DNA of 63,724 bases, counting the filler, from Choristocarpus tenellus KU-1152 (taxonomy: Eukaryota; Protista; Phaeophyceae): assembly GCA_964200185.2 (NCBI GenBank). It is 11 parts of 11 records of this genome, joined end to end, with 100 filler letters (N's around TTAATTAATTAA, not from the genome) between each part and the next. Parts side by side here need not be neighbours in the genome. Positions count along the whole stretch, not along the records: positions 51,260 to 59,070 come from CAXNAD020005558.1; positions 59,171 to 63,724 come from CAXNAD020014023.1; 9 more parts are not named here. One strand, 5' to 3'. How positions within the stretch are numbered: position 1 is the stretch's first letter; the number at the start of each line of letters is the position of its first letter. The translations under genes and the position numbers were made by a program. Positions 51,494-63,724 of this stretch are shown here, piece by piece. The notes beneath the pieces are model-generated. The model had not been told where the DNA came from, did not search any database, and saw only the letters and a program-made list of their open reading frames with translations.

Positions 51494-54400
51494 ATAAACG
51501 AGAACTTGTTACTGCAAATTGAATTGTACTTCCACAAACAGCCAAAACACACCCCACAGCCTTAGACCACTACATTAAGCTCCAAAACACCCACCACCAG
51601 AAGTCAAGAGAGGGTTAAAGTCAGGGTTAGGTTTGAGGTTAGGGTCAGGGTTGCCCTTGGAGTGTCAGTGCCACCTTTCCCTCTAGGCTACTCAAGTTAT
51701 TTCACCTACTCTAGCTCTTCACACCATTTTCTCACCTGCTGCCGTATTGGCACTCGTTCCCAGCCACCAGGTGACGGCAAAGACTGTCTTCACAAGATGG
51801 TCGGGAGTCATTGGGCCGTTTTTGATTCTTACCCCTCTTGCCTGCGTAGAAATGCCAACAAACAAAAACACAAGAAGATGGGCAAGGGTGAAATACATTT
51901 TTTTTTTATAACAAAAAAACGTCTGTTGCAGTCAACAACGAATCATGCGGGAAATATAGGAGTAATATTACCGTTCTGTCAAACATCAACTAACGCTATT
52001 TTTAAGCCTGATGAGTTTTTGTAAATATTGTAGTGCGTTGGGGAACCACCGCCTCCTAAGGAGCCACCACGTGGAACTCTTTCACTGGCATTTTCAAAAA
52101 AAAACTGACCCTGAATAAGAACCTGAGCCTCAACATGAACCTAACATCAACCTGAACCTAACAAAAAGTGCCAAAAAGACATTTTAAATAAACAACAAAA
52201 CAGTAGTGGTGGTTCCCATAGAAAGGTGCAGTTCCTTCAAGATAGAGGTGGTGGTATCCTAAAGCAATACAGATGTACACTGTCCAAGGGGGAAAAGCAA
52301 TTAACACTAGAGGGAATCTGTTTGCAAACCAGCAGTTTTGCACTGCTTCACTATTAACACTGCCGTTGTGCTGTATACATAACCCTAACACTAAAACTAA
52401 CCCTAACCCTAACTGTTGGCCTTACTGCAATGGCAAAGGTTACAGTACCACTTAGGATTGACAAGAATCAGATTACACAAGGTCTTCCATTCTACAGCAT
52501 GCTACTAATAACTAATGAAGAGTATGGCATAGGGGCGAGGGTGGGGGGGAGAAAAAAGAAATTGGAAAATTGTAGGCCTGTCCGAAGGTAATATTCCTGA
52601 CCAATGATAAGACCAGTATCAGTGTCGATGATCTTTTTGTTATTTCTGGGCCAGAGAGGATGGTTTTTAATTGAAGTTCCTATGGCAATCATTATGGAAA
52701 CTGATCATCGGCGTTGCTTCCAAGGCCCTGTTTAACCGATTGTTACGTGTACTAGAAGGAAACCTTCTGCCTACAGCTTGTGTGGAATTCCCCCCTCCCC
52801 CCCTCTCTGCTGTTTTCTACTGCTGGCATCCGCAGTGGTGAGCTTCAACATGTACAACACTGATACATTCCCATGGCACCACCAACTAGACCAACAGGGT
52901 AACCAAGATACATCGAGTGTCAATTCCTAGTTGTGAACCAGACACTCCAGGACACCACTACAGATTGCATCTACCCCAACCGATAGAACAGATTTCAAAA
53001 TGATATGACTTTCCACTCCCTTTCAGTGAGACTATACTCCCTGGAAGTACCTCTTCATGTCAAGACACATGTTGCATCACCACGTCCAAATGCATCTCTC
53101 CACCAAAGCTCTTACGTCCCACCAAAAAAAGTGTTCCACATGATTACCTCGCTTGGTCCAACTTCTGTCCAGCATCCCCTTTGTGACTGAAAGCCTTTCA
53201 TATGCAAGAGTACCTCACTTAGTCTGATTTTTTCGTTCAGCACTCCCTTCATGATGCTCCTACATACCTCTAGTGTCAATTTCCATCACTACTATATGTA
53301 ACATATTTTGCGACACGTGCCCATGCTTCGCAGAAAAAGCATCTTTCATGACAATAAAACGCTTGAAGATTAACTCGAACGATTTCTAGCTTGTCACCTT
53401 TTCCCCTAGAGTTCTCCTTGTCCCCCTCGACATCTTTGCCAGATCTGGTGCTGGCGATAGGCAAGCGCTCCTCTCGTGGTATGACGAACCTTCCAGTGAA
53501 CATAGCACCAACGATGCAGATGTCAATATCAACGTTGCAAAGGACGAGAAGGGCGTCAACAGCGCTCGTCGAACTAGGCTGGTTGGGGCGAATGCATGTA
53601 CTCTACCACTAATCCGAGGTATAATTGTTTTCGCTACGCCATACTACATTGATTTTCAATATTAATTTCAATATACACCAGCGCAGAAAACGCAATGACA
53701 AAGAAGATAAACTTCAACTTCTCACTTGGCTTTAATCGGAGCCCACCCTTCTTGACCTAGAGCAGCATCCTTGGTTTCTGCAGGCTTTTTCTCCCCCACC
53801 AGATCCTCTGAAGGCTTGCTCACGATCTTAGCGCTTGTTGGGTCCACAGTTATTACAGAACCATTATTGGGTTGGTTTTGATCAACCTTTGACGCACCTA
53901 CTGCTGCCTGGAGAGGTTAGAAGTGGTGAGCGGCCAGCAACTGGTGCGCATAACAAAGGAGGTGACGATCTTGTGTTGTAATGCAGCTCTACCAAGGTTA
54001 CGATTTAGGTAGGTTTAGATAATTGAATAGCGTCACGAACTTTCTACCAACCTCATCAGAGTGTTCAGGCACGATTTCAGACTGTTTGTCCATCTCCACT
54101 TCTTCAAAGTTATGTCTGGATGTGAATGGGGTGTGTTGACCTCCATTTGAGACCATATACGTATCATATACGTATTGATCCTGTCTTACAATACGAAGTA
54201 CTATAACTATATATTGTATACACTATCGTAGTAGTAATAGTCAAAATACTAGTACGAATGTGGTTCTCACAAATAAATTTGGTGTATGAAACCAGTAATG
54301 ACACTGTTACAAAGTATTGCTCACAATTCTCTGTACATGCAAAGGGTATGCCACATCGGGGGGTCCTGGTCGGTCTTCAACGGGATGCTGCATGTCACTT

Positions 54401-55150
54401 GATTGTGGATGGGCACAATAATATTCTGAAGCCATTTCGCAATACATGGGAGATGGTATAACTGGGTTCAAGCACAGTATATTTTGGACAACTCTATTGC
54501 ATTGCCTGCCTCACAAAGGAAACAACGGGAAATCTAACGGTTCAGTGCTGACGATTGTTGATCACAACAGCAACAAAATAATCGCTAAAGAAAGCTCAAG
54601 GGCCAAGCAGAGGTAGCAGTAGAGAAGTTCGCCCTCTCTATTCTCATCACCTTGAGACTATATATGTATTGCACAATAGATATGGTGTGGTTTCCATTTA
54701 CACGCTTTCATATCTCCCAACTGTTTGGATGGTGCCCTACCAACACTTTCCCTTCCTCAGACAACTGTTGACCAGCCTCTAGTATATGAATCCTTTGCTA
54801 AATTCAATTCAGACCAGCACTACTGGGAATCAACACAACCAAGTGCAACAAACAAAACCCTTACGTTATGCAGCAACAAAATCCAAAACAGTAATACCTC
54901 CTGTGGTTGCAAGTGCTGTAAATCCAGCAACGAACTCTGCATTCTCTGAGTCAGATGAGGCATGTGCAATCTAATCTTTCCTCTGCCCTCTTTATTCGCC
55001 AAGAAGCAGATGTCAACAACAAAAAATCAAAGCAAAATCAGTACACACAATATTTGTTCTTGAGATTACGAACAGACAAAATTATTAATTATCATACTCA
55101 ACAATAATACAAATAGGATGGTCTTTATGAGGCAATGCCCCTACTGCGTA

Positions 55151-56150
55151 CTTCCTCCGTTCAGGATTAAATGCGACTTATTATTTTGCAAGCTCCATTC
55201 TTGGTCAGGAAAAACCCTCGGGATGAACTCTCAGGACGAGCATGGTTCTCATACAGATTGGGAGGCGTGCGAAGTTTGACGTGGTGGACTGTCATGACTG
55301 TGGAGGATCAACAGTACAAAGTCGACCAAGTCGCATTTGATGGGGTTCAAAAACCGCGTGAAACTGTCAAAGTGGGTGTTCTTTGGGATGCCTAGGACGA
55401 AGGCCCCCTGTTGTTCGAGTGGCTCACTCATCCCGTCATTGCCTGTTGGTCCCAGCTCTTCGGACCAGAAATCTATCCAGGGTTCAAACTCAAACACCCC
55501 GATGAAGAACAGTGTGGTGGCACAAAGCCTGGAGGCGAGAGGGCACGAGAAACAGATGCCTCAGGGGATGTTGGCGGCCATCGCAGAAGACTTTGGATTT
55601 TCACGAATCACTGTATTCCGTCATCTGAAGGAGTATGATAACCAGATCGCATATGGTGAATTCATTAATCTTGTACATTGCAAGGGGCGATGTGGCCACG
55701 ATACAAGTATCCCTTGATGTTTGGGATGTCCCACTGTTACACTAAACATCCTTCCGCAAATGAGCCACCAAAGCTGGGGTCTCCCTTTCCTTGTTGTGGG
55801 ATCTGTGCAAGCGCAAGAAGTTCAAGAAGGTCAAGCGGTAGATTAAGCCAGTTCTCTCAGACCAGCAGAAATTGAACAGGGTTTCGTCATCAGCCACACC
55901 CACAGGAGGAGAGGAAGTGGGGTATTAGTGAACCATCTATATGACTGGGTGCACATGGACGAGAAGTGGTTCTAGCTCAAAGTATCTGAGGGGGGGGGTA
56001 GTAGCTGTCCACTTGGGGACCATTTTTCCATGTTGCGAAATTAGTGATTTGTTTGCATACGTCGGATGGATAATGTAAGTGCACTTCTCCTGGTCAGGAC
56101 CCGAATGGACACCCTGGTGTAGGCCCCCTCCCCCCCGCTTCTATGCATGG
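55151..56150 (+). mobile_element. Decayed plant-type (DD39D, Osmar/Soymar-like) mariner transposon
   Basis: TA followed by CTTCCTCCGTTC (Stowaway/DD39D-type TIR); HTH-like MLAAIAEDFGFSRITVFRHLK; KGRCGH; YDWVHMDEKWF(Y) first catalytic-Asp motif at about 55940-55972. Confidence 0.8.
55974..56138 (+). mobile_element. MITE family B inserted in the mariner DEKWFY motif, TTCT TSD
   Basis: TTCT at 55970-55973 and 56139-56142. Removing the insert restores TGG TTC TAT (WFY). Confidence 0.8.
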
Positions 56151-56879
56151 TAAGTGCACAACAGTTAAGGCTCAGTCACGCAACACAAGTCTCGACAGTA
56201 TTCCCACAGCACACTCATCTCCTTGATATGAACATATAGTGTAATGTACACCCTTCCTACCACTGAGCAAAAGAAATGACATAAAACTCACGTAACTTCG
56301 GAAGTATGACAGCCCCCTGCGTAATTATGACCTTGTAGTGGGATCGGACGCAATTTGTACCAGGCCAAAGCAAAGATGGGTAAATCAAAAGAGAATGGGC
56401 ACAAGTGGCGACTCTTCTCTCCTTCAAAGAGCCTACAGGTGAATAAAAAAATAAAGTTGTAACAATATTTTATCACCTACTAGGATGAGAGTCTCAATGT
56501 TATTTTACGCCATCATTTTGTTATTGCTATCTGCAGCTACTTAAGTCTACGAGACTAGGAACCTACTACACTCTGTACTACTTCTCTTTCACTATCAACT
56601 AACTGTTGTACCCATGAATAATGTACAGTGCATCATGCCTTATGCGTGCCTGCACAAGTAGATAAAAGAAGTGAAAAGGAAGAATGGAACCCGCAGGAGA
56701 AGCACGCCACCACCCCACAATATAAGGGGAAGGGAAGCAAGAAAATGAATAAAGGATGCAAGAAGAGAATAAGTCCACAGGAAAAGCACCATTCAGCAGA
56801 AAGTGATGGCGATGGTATTGGTGGCTTGGGCGACCTTAGCTGCTGCTTTGGTGTGAGATATATTAGCCATCGCACCTTC

Positions 56880-57255
56880 CTTGGAATACTGTTTGGCCAT
56901 GAACCTCGTTGTGCCGTTCGCCACACACTCCTACCACTCCTCTTTCTGGTTAGTGTCGTTCGTGATACAACCCTCAGCTTCAATCCCAAACTTATCAAGG
57001 TCATCTTGGAGATACGTTCGACACTTCTTCTCCTCTCCGCCTTGCATCCGTTTCCGATTTGCAAGCTCCTCGAACTTTAGTATCTTGAGAAGTCTCACAT
57101 CCCCCATCTGAGTAACTAACACAGCAAATAGGAGTCTCCGCTTGCACACTACTGTTGCCTTGATACTCTCGTATCCAGTTTTCATAAGAGCAAATTTGTA
57201 GGTGAGGACATGTTTGGTGCATTTCCGAGTACTTGTCTGACCGTAATGAGGCCAC
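56880..57255 (-). mobile_element. RTE-clade LINE 3' remnant
   Basis: KTGYESIKATVVCKRRLLFAVLVTQMGDVRLLKILKFEELANRKRMQGGEEKKCRTYLQDDLDKFGIEAEG...QKEEW matches the RTE C-terminal RRLxxxGHxxRM..RLPK.L.FGEL...R..GG..K pattern. Confidence 0.75.
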
Positions 57256-57426
57256 GTTTACTTTTTTGTTTTCCTCTTTCGTGATTCAATGATGGACTAG
57301 AGGGTAAGGTGTCAGGTGTTCCGTTCAGTTTGGCTCGTAACACACATGACCCGTCAAAATCAAAATTTCCCCGAAAAGAAAATCTATCTCGACTCGGTTT
57401 GAGCCTATGCATTTCTTGGACAGAAT

Positions 57427-57605
57427 TACACCCGTTATCTGGGGGGGGGGAGGTGGTTTGTGATGGGGCGTCCGTTTCGGCCAAACAACTTTTTTTTTCC
57501 CTGACATTTCAATCCGACACGTGCGACCAAATCACAGCAAAAAAGTGAAAATCGAAAAAAGGGTGAAAAACAGACGCCGACCCACCCCCCCAGATATTTT
57601 GACCC
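57427..57605 (+). mobile_element. MITE family C (about 180 bp)
   Basis: TATCT-G-run ... C-run-AGATATTTTGACCC. The right part matches 9841-9909. Confidence 0.7.
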
Positions 57606-58391
57606 GATTATTTTTGTTTTTGTCTTCCGACGATACACTGACAGTATTCTTCAAGAACATGCATGGGCGTACCAGAAATGTGCCGATAAACGAGTGTACA
57701 ATCAATTTGAATGTTTCTACTTTTAAATCAATACATATTTTCTATCAAACATGAGATGGTGGGTTTAGACACCCATTCGAGGGCACCCCCCAAAGCACTA
57801 CTAGCGTCAGGTTCATCACCGTATATTCGCTTCTTCTGGGGTGAAATTTATCCATGCGACAAGAGAAATCTTCTCACAAACTCAAATGACTATCCCTGGG
57901 AGAGGAAACAGGATTGGCGAAGAAAGGTGTTTATGCAACAGATACTACGAAGAACAGGTTGAATACATCCCTCTATGATGAAGCTGCAATTGTTTACTTG
58001 GTCTCGAAGCAATGTGGGACAAGCGAGAGAACACTGGTAGACTGCTCCTGAGGTCAACGACATAATGGATATGTCCGTGTGTTTAGACTTGGGTGTCTGG
58101 TATATATCTAGGCCTGTCAATGGAAACGATAGAGCTAACTGTCTCACTGAATCTCTCCTTACAAAGTCTAGCAAGTGGAGAACTTATCGACCACATTTTT
58201 TTGTCGCGAAATTCCTGTCCGTGCCCTCTTTGTAGAGTGTCAAAGGTGTGCAAGGACTCTAGGCGAAGAAGGGGGGACTGGAGTTAAGCACTTGAGAGTA
58301 GGTTTTGTGGGCGATATGATAGAATACAACAGTAGCCATGGGTGAGGGCGAAGGTTGTGATATGGTGGAAGAATAAACGATTCCAATATAT

Positions 58392-58720
58392 TTTATTATT
58401 ATTATCCCCTCTGGCATTTTACAGATGTGTGAGGGGAAGAACTAACAAAACTATTCACATATCAGAAAAATCCCTAAGGAAGTAAAGATTGTTGTCAGAA
58501 ATGTTAAAAACATTGACCTGTTATTTAGCTGCTATCTTGTACCACTGTCTTTCTGCTGTGTATCCAACCTACCCATTCTTGCACCCCAGGGTGAAGAGCT
58601 AGGGAACCATCCCAAGAACCTAACAAGCCAGTCCTTGCCCATCTCCCTGGTGACTTCAGGTTGAAACGCATGACACGTCTAGACAGGGCCACCTGCGTTG
58701 TTACAAAGACTTTTATAAGT
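58392..58720 (-). mobile_element. Third CRE-like 3' end with (AAT)n tail
   Basis: KVFVTTQVALSRRVMRFNL plus the same 3' UTR as at 17545. The plus strand begins with a (TTA)n run. Confidence 0.7.
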
Positions 58721-59588
58721 AACATTTCGTACCTTTCCTGTCATACTCTAACGTTACGCCAAACACAATTAGTTAATATGAATATACCTACTGTGGAAAG
58801 CATGTTTGTCTGTTATTATACCGTTATTGCCGTATGTCATATACCGTGGTACCGAGTGAGGTTCCCAGTCAAGAATCCATGATTCCAAGGACAGACTTTC
58901 TGTCCGAATGTCACACATGGAAGATCCACTTTGTTCTCACGTCTTGACTCGTGGTGATGAAGCCCCACCTTTGATGGTGCTCCTCACTCCTAAGTTTACG
59001 CTTGGCCAACCTTAACCTCGTACCCTCGGTCACGGTTCGTCCCTGTTTGTGTGGTCCGTCTTGCCCGGTGNNNNNNNNNNNNNNNNNNNNNNNNNNNNNN
59101 NNNNNNNNNNNNNNTTAATTAATTAANNNNNNNNNNNNNNNNNNNNNNNNNNNNNNNNNNNNNNNNNNNNCCCCCCTCCCAGATACTTTGGGTCATCAAC
59201 AAACATTTGTGCACAACCTAGTCCTCACATACTTGAGAACATTGTTGACCCTGCTCCAAAAAGAATAAAAAAATGTTCTTGATTATTTCTAAAACCTAAG
59301 TTAGACCCTACTGTATCTCCAGAGCTGGCTGCTGGACTGACCCTCTCGATCTTTCACCTCTTGGTCCTACTCTTCTAATTTTTGTTGGAGCACATTATAG
59401 AATGTTCAGTAGCATGGGGGGCCCCGCCCACCGTTCTGTGAAGGGTTAAGGCACTTTCTGGGCTTTCTGTCAATTACCTGAATTTACGATTCTTGTGTGA
59501 AGCATTGGATGGTTGCCTGAGTGGTGATTGCATCCCTGTTACTATTGTTTGCATGATGCAACCAACTCCCCCAATGATGCTATTTTAG

Positions 59589-61870
59589 GTGGCCACCACA
59601 GAGAATGGGTTCGAAGTTCATGAGCACATGTGGTCATGTGATACCTTTGTGGACTATCTTAGTGATGTAGTGGGGAGAAACATTTGGAAGGAAAAGATGC
59701 AGCCATGGATGAAGCAAATAGCTATGTGGAGCCTCATGTGCGCACAGGTAAATCTCTCCTGGTGGTATATTGTAGTAACCTCTCCTCCAAGTACTGCCCA
59801 TAGCGGGTACTCAAGTTAGCATACTGGGTTACCGTACACCTTGAGTACAGCCGCATTGAGTGATGGGGGTCTGTGCATGTGCTACCGTTACAGTAAAATT
59901 ATTAATGGATCTACACTAGGTAGATCCCTAGACAAAGTGTATTGCTCTTCAGTGTACACATGCCAACACAAAGGGGTTGCAGAGGGAGTACAGCTGGTCG
60001 ATTATGAGTTCTACACCATGTGTCTCTTGCTAGCGAAAGGTTGCAAATTGAAGGTATTGTTTGGGGGGATGTAGAGCATTGCCATACCAAGGAACAGGGC
60101 TCATAATATTTCAATACTGCAATTTCCTGAAATACTGTACAACGTGCCAAGCACAAATTGGGTGAGCTCTAATTCTGTTCCAAGTTTGGGTTGAGGCTTT
60201 GATCTAAGGTAGGATCTAGAAAGCAAGCATGAAGAAATACCGAAATTTGAGCCAGGAATGGTCCTCGAAGTTCACCAGGTAGATGTATGTTGTCCATGTC
60301 GAACATGCTTTCACTCTTGCACCGCAATTTTGAGAAAGCAATTTCAACATCATCTTATTCATCCTGGCCACAAGAGAGGTGAGATGAATAGGTCTCTGGA
60401 GTGCTAATATTTGAGGCACTTTAGAAAAAGACTCTCTCAGAGTATACATAAGAGTTCCTGACCAAGAAAGGTCTCAGGTTTTGTCAATACTACAGTAAGA
60501 GAAGGAATATTAAGGGAGCGTAAGTTGGTGTTGGGAAGCATGCTTCAGGCGGAGTTTTCAAGGTTGTTTCCTGTTGAGGAATGACAAGAGTTCTTGCCAG
60601 GGTGCATGTACTTTGAAGGATTCACCTGCACTATACCTAAGTGCATAATCTAAGAAGAAATTGTATTTCAGCCTGTGGATTGGGTGGCAACATTGCTGCG
60701 TACTCGATACTTCAAAGAATGTGTTTCGATTGAGACCGATACACTCAAGGGGATGGGAAATGATGAATAGTCAATGAGGAAATCTAGCCGCTAAATGACC
60801 GCAGATACTTGTCTCAGGGGTCGCTCTGATCAATCGCACTTCTTTGAGAGGAGTCAAAGGCTCCTTCCTAACCTGAAAAGTGGCCTCAAGCACTCTCTGC
60901 AAGGGCTTCCACGATGATGCTCTTGACATAGTTCTTTATGTGAACATCAGATACCCTCCTGCATCCTAATTGCGTATGATAAGTGGATCCATTTTCCAGA
61001 AAGAAACCAAAACGTTACCTACTCGAGAGTGCTCAATGCTTCAAAGCAAGATTGGAGATGTTCATAGTTGGAGAGCCTAACATACATGATTGGGCGACTA
61101 ATTGTAGGTTGAAAAGTTGTGTATTGTTCGAGCAATGGCCAGCCACAAGAACTCCACTTGTTTTTTGATTTGTCCTCTCTTCATAGGATGTTGTGGAGCA
61201 CCGCAAGAACTCATGGGAGTTGTATGGATATGACTTCATGGTTGATGATCTCTACAAACCCTGGCTTATCGAGATCAACTCCAGCCCTGCTTGTGACTAC
61301 AGCACTAAGGTGAGATTCCTTCTCTTCATCAAAAGCTCGAAGTACAGAAGCTGTGGTATATTTTTTGTAGGGGGGAGGTGACTGGGTGATGTTTGACATC
61401 ATTTCACTCTTGTCTTTCATAATGAAGTTGCCCTTTATTTTTCATTACCAGCTGCACACACCTGCCCAGATAGTGCTTGTTGTCTCTGGCAACAGACGAT
61501 CTCAAAAGTGAATCCATAGAACTACTAACTTGTCATGGCCCAACAGGTCACGGAGAACTATGTTCAACGTGCACTCACGGATCTCCTCAAGGTGACCATT
61601 GACCTTCCGGCCTGGGAGGCCAACAAAAAGCACCAGCGATTTCCTTCCTTGAGTGAGGGGGAAAAGGAAGATGATGAGAAGACGCTAGTACAGTCCCCTT
61701 CTGCACCCTCGACTGGGCTGTGGACTCTATTGCACCGTGGGGTGTACCTTCCTACCCCAGTGGCCTCGTTTGGAGCAGACATGGTGCTCAAGGGTACAAA
61801 AGTCAAGAAGCCACCGAGAAGTACACAAGGGACATTGAATAAGCACACCACCAACGGTGGTCCTAAATAG
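59589..61870 (+). CDS. Tubulin-tyrosine-ligase-like protein, TTLL3/TTLL8 glycylase type; 3' exons 59589-59747, 61187-61309, 61547-(61856/61870)
   Basis: [11 protein letters not shown]...W...[12 protein letters not shown]|[41 protein letters not shown]|[19 protein letters not shown]. This is the TTL ATP-grasp FELxGxDF and PWLIEIN motif set with TTLL3/8-like context, in phase-0 GT-AG junctions. Confidence 0.85.
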
Positions 61871-63724
61871 TGCATAGTAGGCGGCTCACCTTTCAACCCT
61901 GGTCTGTTTTGGGGATTTTGTGTTCAGTCTGAGTTTATTTTTACCAAGTCAGTATTCTCACCAAGTACGGAAACGCGGGCATGTCACTTGTGTCACTGTG
62001 GCTGGAGTTTCAGCAAATCAATACAGCAATGCAGCAGTGTCCCCCAACCTCTGGGGTTGAGGTTTCCGTTCCTGTCATATTTATTACTTGTAGATAATAC
62101 ACACAAACAAGTTCTTGGCTGCATCATGCAGCTGGTAATATTGAAATCAGGTCAACATGCAATAGCACCTTACAACTGCGTGAAGAAGGTTCTGTACTTC
62201 CAGACAACTGTTTCTTTAATACATCGAGAAGAGAAGGGTGTGCTTCGATTTCGGTTTGATGGTAAGAAGCTGTTATCCCAATAGTAGTGTTAACCGCGAA
62301 AATAGCAACAATATGCCCTACGGGCTCGACGACGAGGGTCATTTGGCCATGACCGGTACACGTTTATGCAAAGGGCGTCATTGTAACTATTATACTCCTA
62401 TCAAGGGGCACTCCACCTTTGTTAGCAGGATATGCATCAGGTGTAATGAAAGACAGTTGTGTTGTCAAACCTTGCCACTCCTTCCTCCATCTTGCTCAGC
62501 TAGTCCTGTATGTACCCTTCTCATTGTTCCTTATATTTTGACACCCCCTACAGTTATGTCCAGCTTAGTCACCCCCAATGTTTCATCGAATGGTGAAACA
62601 AGATATTGCACACTTCCCAATCCTCTATCAGGATAAGCACTGGCCCAGCTTAGAGCTCGTAGATCATATTATTACAGGTTACTACATTGTTGTTGATTTT
62701 GTAGTTGAGGGAGAGGTGGTTGAAAAGTAACTCTGATTAGTTTATCTTACAGTAGTCGCCATTGGATGCATTGTCAACCCGAGCATCTAGCCTATGATAG
62801 GTTTTCTGTCATCTACTTAACCTGCTCATCTGCCCTATAGTATAACAACATTATACCGAAAGTGGTTATGACAGTGTCGAAGACACTGGAGACACTATTA
62901 CCCACAGAGATTATAACACATATAGTACTCCCACCAGCTTTAAAGCAACCCCAAAATTAATGGCCCAATATGGTGCTTCAAGCACTGGAAGGCGCTATGT
63001 AGTATGGTATATATAATAGTGACTTGTTGCTTTGGTGTTCAGAGTACTACAGGGCGCCGTAAGACTTGCTCCTGGCACTTTGAGGCCCTCGAACAAGGGC
63101 CTTGTCGTGAATAAGGGGAAAATTGACGCTGTGCCCAATTTTTCTAGTGGATTGGAAGCAAGAGTGAGGTCAAAGTGGCAGGGAGAAAATGGGGGTTTCT
63201 GAAAAGGTGACATGACGAACGATATGGTACACTATGTGTGTTTCTTATGTTGGAATCCACAGTATCACACTAGAAAAAAGGTAGTAGTTGAGTATTAGTT
63301 GTGTCCACAACGCTCTTTGTGGTAGACCTTGCCAGTCTAGCACCTTCTGTAGGCAAACAAAGTGCACTATTATATGTAGTATATTATACATTGCGAAGTT
63401 CCAAGAATTATCCTGTAGGTCAGGCAAGCAGACACGTCTACATATTATATGTGTATATCTCACATCGAGCATGTACCTTCAAAGTTATGTAATATGTACG
63501 AGATGTACTCAGGTTTTGTCCGATCTGCGCTTGTTTCTGCGTTTCAATCTTTCCCAATTCGCCCAGATTTCTATGGATGGGATTTTAAGTTTGACTTGAG
63601 AGCGATTACTTCTTTATTATTTGAGAATTTTCCGACTAAATTAATAAAATATCCTCTATGTGAAACAGGTGGAAACAGCCGACAGGTTCTTCATAATGAA
63701 GGGGAGTGGGAAGACCCACAGGAG

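Noticed and set aside
5207-59170. Recurrent TTAATTAATTAA palindrome as a biological motif
   Set aside because: In the ten linkers it is always centred in exactly 88 Ns, so it is an assembly spacer. ORFs ending in X-runs are artefacts, and adjacency across linkers is unreliable.

Overview
Repeat-rich, intron-rich eukaryotic draft-assembly DNA (protist/algal-like; stramenopile is my guess). It consists of 11 contigs joined by artificial N44-TTAATTAATTAA-N44 linkers, so order across linkers is not biological. Two ordinary host genes can be spliced together by eye: a 7-exon NAA60-type N-terminal acetyltransferase (26947-34926, +) and 3' exons of a TTLL3/TTLL8-type tubulin glycylase (59589-61870, +). 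Most of the rest is decayed mobile DNA: Ty1/copia gag, integrase and RT pieces, CRE-like and RTE-like LINE ends, and a DD39D plant-type mariner. There are also at least three MITE families sharing a 14-bp G..(C/G)AAAGTATCT terminus, with 4-bp TSDs seen for two of them (Sola-like), plus minisatellites and telomere-like repeats. The most unusual element is a spliced gene present in two diverged copies (1-2063 +; 48755-51159 -). Together the copies suggest a ParB/Srx-like N-terminal domain, a beta-class N6/N4 DNA-methyltransferase-like fold whose SAM-binding motif is replaced identically in both copies, and a degenerate SET-like C-terminus. All domain calls are by-eye motif recognition and need profile or structure confirmation.
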